From: Eledone cirrhosa
Lineage: Eukaryota
Assembly (NCBI GenBank): GCA_964016885.1
Contig: OZ024758.1
Location: 13,950,001-14,014,000, forward strand
Reading direction: 5' to 3'
Length of the DNA: 64,000 nt
Position numbers and translations under genes: made by a program
In this document: piece by piece, positions 50,024 to 62,050 of the stretch
Layout: the number at the start of each line of letters is the position of its first letter
How positions within the stretch are numbered: position 1 is the first letter of the stretch
Notes under the pieces: generated by a model
The model's input: only the letters and a program-made list of their open reading frames with translations
Database searches by the model: none
Told to the model about the DNA's origin: nothing

Positions 50024-50127
50024 GAGAGAAACTTTATTAGGTATTTGTAACATGTAAGCATGATTTGTTTTTGAATAATATTGAAAAATATTCGATAATA
50101 TTATTATTATTATTATTATTAATATTA

Positions 50128-50350
50128 AGGGCGGTGGATTAGCAGTATCGGTAGAGGGTCGGACGCCATGCTTTGACGCATAGAGTTACGGCCCTTGCCA
50201 TTCTGAGTTCGAATCCCGCCGAGGTTAACTCTGCCTTTCATCTTTACGGGGTCGATAAAATAAAGTACCAGTCACGCACTGGGGGTCGATTTAATCGACT
50301 TTCCCCTCCCCCAAAATTGCTGGCCTTGTGCCTATATAAGAAGCCATTAT
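50128..50350 (+). mobile_element. SINE A, long variant
   Basis: Head, B box gagttcgaatccc, core and tail. Confidence 0.85.
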
Positions 50351-50828
50351 CATTACTGGCAGTAATCAGTAGAGCATCGGGCAATATGCTTTCCATAAAT
50401 GGTATTATCGGATCTGATCTGATGTCTGTATTATTAGTCAACACTATCAGACTGCCTGTATTATCGGATCTAATCCCGGATCAGATCTGATCCGGGATCA
50501 GTGTGTGCGTGTGTGTATGTATGTGTGTGTGTGTATGTATGTGTGTGTGTGTGTAACAAAAGCTATACATATACAAATGCTGTCTTTCCAATCATTTCAA
50601 ACATACATAGTTTTCTGTTGTTTTTTCTTTGTTGTTGTTTTTTTTTTGTTGTTGTTCAATTCTTATGTGCCATCATGTCAAAAGGGACAAACCCACAGCT
50701 TACGGCTTTGCTCTATTATTTTTTAATGAATTCATGCTGAAAGTTAATTAATTTCTTTTGTTTTTGAACTGAAATCAAACTTAAACCAAAAGGTGAAGCT
50801 CGTGTTTCTGTTGTTGTCTTTATAAGGA

Positions 50829-50863
<35 letters not shown>

Positions 50864-50969
50864 TACATATGTATACACACATATATATATATACATATGT
50901 ATACACACACACACAAATATGTATATAGATATACTTAAATATTATATATACATATATATATATTTACAA

Positions 50970-51031
<62 letters not shown>

Positions 51032-51091
51032 GTATACACACACACAAATATGTATATAGATATACTTAAATATTATATACACATATATATA

Positions 51092-51210
51092 GTGAAGGCG
51101 TGTGGCTGAGTGGTTAGAGAACTGGATTCGCAATCGTGAGGTTGTGAGTTCGATTCCTGGACCGGGCGTTGCGTTATGTCCTTGAGCAAGACACTTTATT
51201 TCATGTTGCT
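51092..51210 (+). mobile_element. SINE B-related 5' part
   Basis: A box tggctgagtggttag, B box gagttcgattcc, tccttgagcaagacacttt. Confidence 0.75.
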
Positions 51211-51330
51211 CCTTCTACCTGGAGTTGCGACCGATAGATAGTATTAGCAATTGGAAAGACCAATGGGAACACTGTTTCCTTGGTCCAATTTGATGAAAGT
51301 CGATCGTTAGGAATATATATATATTTACAA

Positions 51331-51409
<79 letters not shown>

Positions 51410-51559
51410 ACATGAAACCAGATGAAAATGTGATTATTCTGTTTGGTTGATGTTTAAAATTATCTGCTTACAATTAAATGACAATTCCTGGTTGTCAACT
51501 AACTGTTGTAGGAGATGTTTGTCACCTAGTTTAGGAATGGTAAGGTAATTATTTTGAAT

Positions 51560-51745
51560 AATTGTTTCTACTTTTGGCACAAGGCCAGCAATTACCCAGT
51601 GTATTACTGGTACTTTATTTTATCGACCCTGTAAAGATGAAAGGCAAAGTTAACCTCGGCGAGATTTGAACTCAGATCGTAAAGGGACGTAACTACGCTG
51701 GAAAGCATGTCTGACCCTCTACCAATACTGCCAATTCCCCGCCCT
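51560..51745 (-). mobile_element. SINE A
   Basis: Reverse complement of the consensus. Confidence 0.85.
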
Positions 51746-51911
51746 AATTATTTTTAATAATGGTGGTGGTGCTGGTGCTGGTGGGGATCAGTCCCAGGTC
51801 AGCCATGACTCAACTGACCATCGGTCCGAGACATTCAAGTTGCAAACATCCACTCTTTTTTTTTACTTTCTTTTAAATTTTCCTTTTGTGCTATGCCATG
51901 TTTGTCTTTAA

Positions 51912-52361
51912 CCCCTTAGCATTTAAACCAACCCTATCCGGCCACAATTCTCTCACCTCTTTCTGTTGAAACTGGCCATAACTGGCTGCTCATCCAACAT
52001 TAAGGTATTGTTCTCAAAATAAATAATATCAAATTCTCATAGATTCAATATTATGTGAGATAATTATGTGAAATAAAGCCTTTACCATAGATTCGATATT
52101 ATGTGAGATAAAGTGTTTACCGTGAAAATACAATAGTTGTTTCTACTTTTGGCACAAGGCCAGCAATTACCCAATGCATTACTGGTACTTTATTCTATCG
52201 ACCCCGGAAGGATGAAAGGCAAAGTTAACCTCGGCGGGATTTGAACTCAGATCATACAGGGAGGTAACTCTATGCTTCAAAGCATGGCATCCGACCCTCT
52301 ACCGATACTGCCAATCCACCAAATACAATAGTAAATATAGAGTAATGTGAATGCTAAAGGG
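51912..52361 (-). mobile_element. MITE M1 containing a nested SINE (52138-52320)
   Basis: TTAA on both sides with CCC/GGG ends. The SINE is flanked by a 12-bp duplication aaatacaatagt (52126-52137 and 52321-52332). Confidence 0.85.
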
Positions 52362-52601
52362 TTAAGCTTATACTGTTGAAGTTTTCATTTTGTTTTATCT
52401 CTAAACCAACCCACTTCCAGCCATTTATCCCTGTTGTCCTTTGATTTAAGATTTTACCCAACGCCATCATTGACACCATTTTACTGTTTCGGCAGCTGTC
52501 ATTGTGTTGGGTTTCTCCTTATTCTATAAATTCTAATACATTCTCACCTCAACTTGGTCTTCAAGAAAATTTTGATTTAATTTTTGTTTGTTTCTTTCCA
52601 G

Positions 52602-52770
52602 TGTGGCTGGTATTGGGGACCCTTGACGTATGAAGCGGCTAAAGCCCTGTTGGATACCAAACCAGACGGTTCTTTCCTCTTACGCGATAGTTCTGATGAC
52701 TGTTATATTCTAAGTTTATCATTCAAATCTAATGGGAAAGTATACCACACAAGGATGGAGCATCATAAAG
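52602..52770 (+). CDS. SOCS7: Internal coding exon of a suppressor of cytokine signalling (SOCS6/7 class, closest to SOCS7); N-terminal part of the SH2 domain
   Basis: Polypyrimidine tract + tttccag acceptor (AG 52600-52601) and gtaaga donor at 52771. The open frame CGWYWGPLTYEAAKALLDTKPDGSFLLRDSSDDCYILSLSFKSNGKVYHTRMEHHK(G) carries the SOCS SH2 signatures GWYWGP, PDGSFLxRDS, YILSLSF and HTRMEH as I recall them from SOCS7. Phase 0 start, phase 1 end. No other exons were recognised in the window. SOCS7 versus SOCS6 orthology needs a phylogeny. Confidence 0.9.
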
Positions 52771-52839
52771 GTAAGAGAAATCACCTGTAAAAGTATTTTA
52801 TGGTTCACCTGTTAGGGGAAAACACATTGATATATATAT

Positions 52840-53050
52840 ATAGACGGTAGCCACGGAGTAGGCAGACCCAGAAAAACCTGGGACGACTTGATAAATTCCG
52901 ACCTCACACACTTACACCTCTCCAAGACAATGTCACTGGACCGAGATCTTTGGCGCTACACAGTAATAGAGAAGACCCGCCTTACCTAAGTGCAAAGTGA
53001 AACCTACTACAGTCAGTAGGCACTTCTAACAAAATACACCCTCCGTCCCA
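52840..53050 (+). mobile_element. RTE LINE 3' fragment (another subfamily)
   Basis: Frame IDGSHGVGRPRKTWDDLINSDLTHLHLSKTMSLDRDLWRYTVIEKTR. Confidence 0.75.
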
Positions 53051-53582
53051 CTACCCCCACCCCACCCACACCACCCCTTTCAATGTAAAGTTATGTTGGT
53101 ACCACAACATCCAGCCCGAAACAAATGAGGCCGTGTAGGTGTCACGACAAAAAAAAAACACACAGTCCACGCTGTAATGTGGCCGTGTAGGTAACACGGT
53201 AAAAACCTCCCAGTTCCACACTGTAAATGTGGTTGGTGTTAGGAAGGGCCTCCAGCCGTAGAAAACCCGCCAGACAGTCCACGCTGTAATGTGGCCGTGT
53301 AGGTAACACGGTAAAAACCTCCCAGTCCCACACTGTAAATGTGGTTGGTGTTAGGAAGGGCATCCAGCCGTAGAAAACCCGCCAGACAGTCCTATGCGAG
53401 CAAGACAACCACTCTTGCCTCAAGTGGGAAAACACCCGCCAAACCCATGCGAGCGTGGAATATGGACGTTAAATGAAGATGATGATGAGATGATATCTCT
53501 TCCTGCTATATCAAGCATTAACCTAATATATCCCTTCCATATACTGTACCGATTGTGTTGTTATTTCTGTTTACCTTTTACA

Positions 53583-53925
53583 TGGAGGCACATGGCTTAG
53601 TGGTTAGAGCATTGGCCTTGCAATCGAAAGGTTGTGAGTTCAATTCTCAGACCGGGTGATGTGTTGTTTCCTTGAGCAAGACACTTTATTTCACATTGTT
53701 CCAGTTTACTCAGCTGTAGAAATGAGATGATAGGGACTGGGGTCCATATCATTCCACTGCAAAGTGGTCGTGGAGGTGCCACGGCAAAAAAGCACCCAAC
53801 ACTCACAGTAAATGAGGTTGGTGTTAGGAAAGGCATCCAGCTGTAGAAATCAAGCCAAAATCAGTTCCCATCCCACCCTTGCAAGCAGGGAAAAAGCGGA
53901 CGTAAAATGAAATGATGATGATGAT
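53583..53925 (+). mobile_element. SINE family B, full length
   Basis: A/B boxes, CORE-like domain, RTE-like tail ending gcggacgtaaaatga(atg)n. Confidence 0.9.
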
Positions 53926-54299
53926 ACATATATATGTACATATATACATATATAATATTGGAAAGAAATTTGCAGCAAGAAGCAGTTTTTATTATGTAAG
54001 CCCATAATTTATTATTGGTGTTATTTTTCATATTACATTGAAAAAAATAGAAAAATAGAAAGTTATATCTCACCTTCTCTCTTGTTTGGGTTAATTGCTT
54101 GACATTTCTCACCTGCAATGTCTTTTATTTCGGTATTTTCCTCTATTTTTCATATTCCGGCATCAATTGATTTTGTGATATTGTCTATGACACTAGTTAG
54201 TTAGTATCTAGTAGAAACATATCTATATCTAATCTTTTTATGTTGGTGTGTTAAGAGAATGTTGTTTCAAAGTTATATTGTATTATAGATCTTTAGTCA

Positions 54300-54625
54300 A
54301 TCATCATCATCATCATCATCATACGTCCGCTTTTCCCTGCTTGCAAGGGTGGGACGGGTCTTATTCAGCACAGCATCTCTCCACTCGTCACGGTCCTTCG
54401 TCATCTCCACCGTGAGCTTCAATGATCTGAGGTCTGTTCTCACTACCTCTGCCCATGTTTTTCGTGGTCTACCTCTACCACGTCTTCCTTCAACTGGCAA
54501 TTCCTGGCACTTCTTCACTCATCGGTCATCCTCCATGCGCATCACATGTCCATACCACCTCAGTCTCCTCTCCCATCACTACATTCTATCCCTCTCAGAC
54601 GCAGTTTCTCTCTCAACACATTTAT
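54300..54625 (-). mobile_element. RTE LINE 3' fragment
   Basis: KKCQELPVEGRRGRGRPRKTWAEVVRTDL...DRDEWR, with a (GAT)n tail. Confidence 0.9.
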
Positions 54626-54721
54626 GTCAATGTTGTATATATATAGACAGATGTAAGTTACTTTGTCTTTATATGCAGTATCTTCATGAACAGGAAGAGA
54701 AGACTCAAGCGAACTGGTTTT

Positions 54722-54980
54722 AATCCTGTGTTGGGATTTCATCAGAAACTGTGTACATTTTTTAACTGTATAATAAGACACTGCTTATAAACCTGTGTTG
54801 GGATTACATCTTTTAACTGTATAAGACACTGCTTATAAACCTGTGTTGGGATTTCATCAGAAACTGTGTACATCTTTTAACTGTATAAGAAGACACTGCT
54901 TATAAACCTGTGTTGGGATTTCATCAGAAACTGTGTACATCTTTTAACTGCATAAGAAGACAAGCTTATAAGCCTGTTAT
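54722..54980. repeat. Short tandem duplication, about 68-bp unit, 3-4 copies
   Basis: cctgtgttgggatttcatcagaaactgtgtacat...gacactgcttataaa repeated. Confidence 0.85.
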
Positions 54981-56110
54981 TACAAAGGGCTTAAGTAAAT
55001 TGGATTAACCAATAACTCATTATTTGCAGTTAGTTTGATTAAAGTGAAAGTGCTTGGCTTAGTGGTTAGAGAATTGGATTTGCAATTGTGAGGTTGTGAG
55101 TTCGATTCCCAGAGCAGGTGATGTTATATCCTTGAGCAAGACACTTATAAAACCCTGCAAATTCTTGTTTATTTTCAAAATGATTTGTAAATCATAATCA
55201 GTGTCTTTAATTAAATATATGAATGCGTGCGTGTGTGTCTATGTGTTTGTGTGTCTGTGTTTGTGTCTGTGTGTGTGTGTGTCAGTCTTTGTTCACTTGT
55301 GTGTGTGTGTCAGTCTGTGTTCACTTGTGTGTGTGTGTGTCAGTCTGTGTTCACTTGTGTGTGTGCGTGAGTGTGTGTGTCAGTGTGTTCACTTGTGTGT
55401 GTATTTGTCTGTCTGTGTTCACTTGTGTGTGGGTCTGTGTGTCTGTGTGTAGATGTAACACCAGAGGAGATAGCAGAGAATGTTTCAATGTTTCTGTAAA
55501 CTCTGGTTAACAAAATAAGAGTAGGAGCTGCTGCTGCTGGTACTGCTACTGGTGGTGCTGGTGCTGCTGGTGGTGCTGGTGGTGCTGCTGCTTATGTTGC
55601 TACTGCTGCTTCTGCTGGTGGTGGTAGCTGCTGCTTCTGCTGGTGGTTGTGGTGGTGCTGCTATGATTATTGAATCATTAAATGGTAGATGAGATGCTGC
55701 TGGCGCTACATCTACAAACCACACTGTTCACTATTACATCCGTTTTATAGATATAGATGAGTGAAGGCTGAGATCCACTTAAGTTTTCCTCCTGACAGAT
55801 GACGCATGCATAGTTTATAAGGTCCATTAGGTTTTCTTTAAAGCATAAGTACTATCAAGCTGTACATTGAATTAATCACAACAACCATCCTTTTCTAGCT
55901 TCATCGTCATCATCATCATCATCATCATTGTCAGCTGTTATTAAGCAACACTTAGGGAGAACTACCACTGTGGTAAACCAGATACACTGATACAAAGTTT
56001 CCTTGCCTCTGCCTTCTGCATGAAGAACATATAGCTAAGTTAGCTGCCCAACACATCTGTCAAACTTTTTAAACCATCCTGCCGAAAACCACCTCTGGTT
56101 CTATTATTAA

Positions 56111-56752
56111 CCCTTTAACATCTACATTACTCTATATATGCTATTGTATTTTCACAGTAAAGGCTTTACCTCACATAATATCTCACATAACATTTACATT
56201 ACTCTATATATACTATTGTATTTTCACAGTAAAGGCTTTACCTCACATAATACCTCACATAACATTTACATTACTCTATATATACTATTGTATTTTCACA
56301 GTAAAGGCTTTACCTCACATAATACCTCACATAACATTTACATTACTCTATATATACTATTGTATTTTCACAGTAAAGGCTTTACTTCACATAATACCTC
56401 ACATAACATTTACATTACTCTATATATACTATTGTATTTTCACAGTAAAGGCTTTACTTCACATAATATCTCACATAACATTTACATTACTCTATATATA
56501 CTATTGTATTTTCACAGTAAAGGCTTTACCTCACATAATACCTCACATAACATTTACATTACTCTATATATACTATTGTATTTTCACAGTAAAGGCTTTA
56601 CCTCACATAATACCTCACATAATATTGAATCTATGAGGTTTTGATGTTATTTATTTTGAGAACAATACCTTAAAATCAGTATGAGTGGCCAGTTATGGCC
56701 GGTTTATACAGTAAAAGGTGATCGAATTCTGGCCGGTTTAAATGCTAAAGGG
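56111..56752 (+). mobile_element. MITE M1 with about 7 internal 72-bp units; right end partly duplicated at about 56757-56835
   Basis: TTAA at 56107-56110 and 56753-56756. Same 72-bp unit as in 425-2366. Confidence 0.85.
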
Positions 56753-57319
56753 TTAATATCAGTATGAGTGACTGGTTACAGCTGGTTTGAACAGAAAGCG
56801 GTGAGAGAATTCTGGCCGATTTAACTGCTAAAGGGATAAATTCTTGATTATTTTCAAAAATTATTTGGAAATTATCTGCAATATCTTTCATGGGAAATAT
56901 GGTCAGAAAAGGGTTCATAAGATGGAAAAGATAAAAAAAATATGAAAAATCTATTTCCAGATATTGACTGTATTATTGTTATTTCTGTTGGTATGTTCAG
57001 GTAAATAACAACAGCAAGAACAAAATTCTGCTGTTGACAGTAAGATTTATTATGTTCTATGGTGAATAGGTAAAACCTTATTTTTTTTTTCACTCTTGTT
57101 GAATTTTTTATGAAATATCTGTCTACAGGTATTTGTGGTGAGTCCAAATAGAGAAAAGAATTTTCTGTTTGCTAAGAAAAGGTTGACCTATATATCTTTA
57201 CAGGGGAGGAGGAGAAGGTCAGAAGACCTGAACAAAAAGTACATTAACCCTTTCATTAGAATATTTATAATGACTACACTGTCGACTTGTTCATAATAGT
57301 GAGAGATGGGGGAGAGATG

Positions 57320-57966
57320 GAGGCAGTGACAGTGGGAGTTTGGTTCCTCTGTGTTCAAACCTGGTGTATATGTTTCACAGACACCCTCACACTGAGGCAG
57401 TGACAGTGGGAGTTTGGTTCCTCTGTGTTCAGACCTGGTGTATATGTATGTTTCACAGACACCCTCACACTGAGGCAGTGACATGGGAGTTTGGTTCCTC
57501 TGTATTCAGACCTGGTGTGTATATGTATATATTTCACAGACACTCTCATGCTGAGGCAGTGACAGTGGGAGTTTGGTTCCTCTGTTCAGACCTGGTGTGT
57601 ATATATATATATATATATATATTTCACAGACACTCACACTGAGGCAGTGACAGTGGGAGTTTGGTTCCTCTGTGTTCAGACCTGGTGTGTATATATATAT
57701 CATCATCATCATTTTACGTCCGCTCTTCCCTGCTTGAAAGGGTGGGACGGGTCTTATTCAGCACAGCATCTCTCCACTTGTCACGGTCCTTCATCATCTC
57801 CACCGTGAGCTTCAGCGATCTGAGGTCTGTTCTCACCACCTCCGCCCATGTTTTTCGTGGTCTACCTCTACCACATCTTCCTTCAACTGGCATTTATATA
57901 TATTTCACAGACACACTCACACTGAGGCAGTGACAGTGGGAGTTTGGTTCCTCTGTGTTCAGACCT

Positions 57967-58007
<41 letters not shown>

Positions 58008-58126
58008 CACACACACACTCACACTGGGGCAGTGATAGTGGGAGTTTGGTTCCTCTGTATTCAGACCTGGTGTGTATATGTGTATATGTATATATTTCAC
58101 AGACTCTCTCATGCTGAGGCAGTGAC
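57320..58126. repeat. Tandem repeat with a constant part of about 70 bp plus variable (TA/TG)n linkers, about 7-8 copies, interrupted by an RTE fragment (57698-57893)
   Basis: aggcagtgacagtgggagtttggttcctctgtgttcagacctggtgt repeated. Confidence 0.9.
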
Positions 58127-58799
58127 TGCTTTTTACCAAAATAACTTTTACTGAACACAATCATCATCATCATCACTGTTTTACGTCCGTTCTTCCACGC
58201 TAGCATGGGTTAGACGGGTTGTCCTGTTGTGGGCAGTACCCGGTCGGCTGATCTTGTCTTGCTCATACGGGAACTGATTCTGGCTTGATTTCCACAGTTG
58301 GATGCCCTTCCTAACACCAACCTCATTTACAGTGAGTGCTGGGTGCTTTTTTTCCCATGTTACCTACACGGCCACATTATAGCGTGGACTGTTGTGTCAT
58401 CGACACAGTGGACGGAACGGGAGAGAAGGGGGTAGGGTGTGGCGGTGGGGTGCCTACTGACTGTAGGTTTGTATGCAATGGTATATATGAAAAAACAATG
58501 TCTCTGATTGAGTCGAAGCAAGAGTGTATTTGAATACATATAAAATATGAGAAAACGTATTTAGCTGTTCCAACAGTTGTTCTAGTGGTCTCTGTCCACA
58601 TTTTGTCCGACCCATGCAAGCATGGAAGAGCAGATGGAAAATAGTGATGTTGATGATGATGAAGATGATGATGATGTGGCTGTTGTCTGTGGAATACTCA
58701 GCCATCGACACTGACTCAAGAGAGTGGAATAGTGACAAATTGATTGGACAAGTGGGCTGCTCCTCGTTGAAAGTGGTGTAGGACCAGTTTACTCATGCT

Positions 58800-58850
<51 letters not shown>

Positions 58851-58879
58851 TATTTCACTCTCCATCAACTACTAACCCC

Positions 58880-59205
58880 AACTACAGTACCTAAGTATTA
58901 TAATACTACAGTACTATATAATACAGGTTTGTACTATATATAATAGTACAGGCCTGTACTATATATGATAGTACAGGCAGTACTATATAATATATAGTAC
59001 AGCCTGTACTATATATATAATACAGGCCTGTACAATATATATAGTACAGGCCTGTATTATATATAATACTACAGGCTGTACTATATATAATAGTACAGGC
59101 TGTACTATATATAATAGTACTGGCCCGTATTATATTTAATAGTACAGCCAGTACTCTATATAATAGTACAGGCAGTACTATTATATATAGTAGAGGCCTG
59201 TATAG
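58880..59205. repeat. Minisatellite, about 27-bp unit with self-complementary parts (tgtactatatataatagtacaggcc)
   Basis: Direct reading. Confidence 0.85.
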
Positions 59206-60149
59206 TTTCACTCTCCTCACTAACTGTTGTTGTCACTGTTGACAAATCTGGGTTTTTTCCCTGCTACTGAAGAATACCAATAAATAATGGTATGACTATG
59301 AACAACTACTGGAATTGATTGTGGGGGGCTGGAGGGGTGTGTGTGTGGCTGTGTGTGGCTTTGGCTGTAGGTGTGTGTGTGTGTGTGGCTTTGGCTGTAG
59401 GTGTGTGTGTGTGTGTGTAACTAGGTGTGTGTATGTGTGTGGCTGTGTGGCTGTAGGTGTGTGTGTGTGTGTGTGACTGTAGGTGTGTGTATGTATGTGG
59501 CTGTAGGTGTGTGTGTGTGTGTGTGTGTGTAGGTGGGTGTGTGTGGCTGTAGGTGTGTGTGTGGCTGTAGGTGTGTGTGTGTGTGTGGCTGTAGGTGTGT
59601 GTGTGTGTGGCTGTAGGTGTATGTATGTGTGTGTGTGTAGGTGTATGTGTGGCTTTGGCTGTACGTGTGTGTGTGTGTGGCTGTGTGGCTGTAGGTGTGT
59701 GTGGCTGTAGGTGTATGTGTGTGTGGCTGTAGGTGTATGTATGTGTGTGTGTGTAGGTGTATGTGTGGCTTTGGCTGTAGGTGTGTGTGAGTGTGAGACT
59801 GTGTGAGGGTGAGATGGGTTGAGATGAGACAGAAGATGTGAGGGAGTGAGAGTAAGAGAGATAGAGATAGGTGTGTAGTTAGAGAGATAGACAGACATAT
59901 ATATATATGTGTTTGTATATATACGTGGGTGTTTGTGTGTGTATATATATATATACATGTTTGTATATACGTGTGTGTGTTGGTATATATATATATATAT
60001 ATGTGTTTGTATATACACGTGTGTGTGTGTATATATTTATATACATGTGTTTGTATATACACGTGTGTGTGTGTGTATATATATATATACATGTGTTTGT
60101 ATATACGTGTGTGTATATATATATATATATATATGTGTGTTTGTATATA

Positions 60150-60194
<45 letters not shown>

Positions 60195-60203
60195 TTGTAT
60201 ATA

Positions 60204-60236
<33 letters not shown>

Positions 60237-60255
60237 GTGTTTGTATATACACGTG

Positions 60256-60286
<31 letters not shown>

Positions 60287-60311
60287 GTTTGTATATACAC
60301 GTGTGTGTGTG

Positions 60312-60365
<54 letters not shown>

Positions 60366-61520
60366 TGAAATAAAGTAAGAAAGGAGGAGAATGTAAAAGA
60401 GGATGAGAGGGAGTTTGGGGGCAGTGATAGAAAGAGTGTATGTTAGTGAGTCAGTGAGAGAGAAGAAAGGGGTGAAATAGGATAAATATGATGGGGAAGA
60501 GAGAGGGGGAATGAAAGATGTTTTTATTCTGAAACCGGAGGAGGGGGGGGGGTCCATTTTATTTTATTTTATTTGCAATTCTTACAATTTTTTTTCTTGT
60601 CTTCATTTTTTCATTACTTCAGGGAAAATTTTATTTTCAATTTCCTCCTATTACTACTACTACTAGTACTACTACTACTACTACTACCACCACTATAACT
60701 ACTACTACCACCACCACAATCACTTCTACTACCACCACCACAATATCACTGCCATCACTACTACTACTACAACCACCACCACCACTACCATTACTACCTC
60801 CATCACTATCATTACCACTACCATCACTACTACTACCACTATCATCACTACTACTACTACCACCACTACCACCACCACTATCACTATAACTACTACTACT
60901 ACTACTATAATACCACCACCACTACTACTACCACCACTACTACTACTACTACCACCTCCATCACTACCATTACCACTACTACCACTATCATCACTACTTC
61001 TACTACTACTCATATCAATTGCTTCTAGGCAACTATTAAACCTCTTTCTAAGTCAGAGGTGAGGGGGGGGGGGGGGGTACCACTAGCTGGAAGGTGAGAT
61101 TTCGTCCACATTCCAATTTTTGACCTCCTGCTGAGGAAGTCTTTAAAAAAGAAACCCAAACTGTAATTTCATTTAAATTACATACCTGTGACTTTTTAAA
61201 ATTAAAGATTCATTATTTTTCTTAGTAAAGATAACATCTTTACAACTTCTTATACACCTGCAGTTCAGTACCCTTGTTCTGTGTGGTGACAACACCTGTC
61301 AGAAATACCAGCTAAGTCTTGTTCAAATAACACCTTAGTGTCTTAATTAACCCTTTCACACTAACCTGTCCAACACAATCTCTGTTTCTATGATACAAAA
61401 CTGTGAATTTTAACCTTTTCATTACAATATTTCTAATGAAAATCACTCATTGCCTGTGATTTCAAAATAATTTTGGAGGGATTTCATAAAATATGTAACT
61501 TCCTCATTATTAAAATAGTA

Positions 61521-61709
61521 AGGGTGGTGGATTGGCAGTATCGGTAGAGGGCCGGCCGCCATATTTTGCAGCATAGAGTTACAGCCCTTTATGGTCTAAG
61601 TTCAAATCCCGCCGAGGTTAACTTTGCCTTTCATCCTTACGGGGTCGATAAAATAAAGCACCAGTAATACTCTGGCATAATTGCTGTCCCTGTGCTAAAA
61701 GTAGAAACA
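61521..61709 (+). mobile_element. SINE A with a 15-bp target-site duplication
   Basis: attattaaaatagta at 61506-61520 and 61710-61724. Confidence 0.9.
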
Positions 61710-62050
61710 ATTATTAAAATAGTATTTGGAGCATAACTTAACGAAGTTTCTTACATAAAATTATAATTGTTTTATACTTTTGGCACAAGGCCAGCAATTA
61801 CTCCAGTACATTACTGGTACTTTATTTTATCGACTATAATTAAAGGTTTTTAGATAAACATAAACACTTTAAAATAAATAGTTTTGTATTAAAGAACCTG
61901 AGATATTTCAGCCAGTTTGGTATACCATTCCTCATTGGTCTCCTCCGTTAGAGCTGATCTCTAATCTAGACCTAAACAATAACTAACTTCCTAACTTATG
62001 TCATCTTTTACCGTTACAATACCATATTTCTCAGGTAAGACAGTCTAAAA

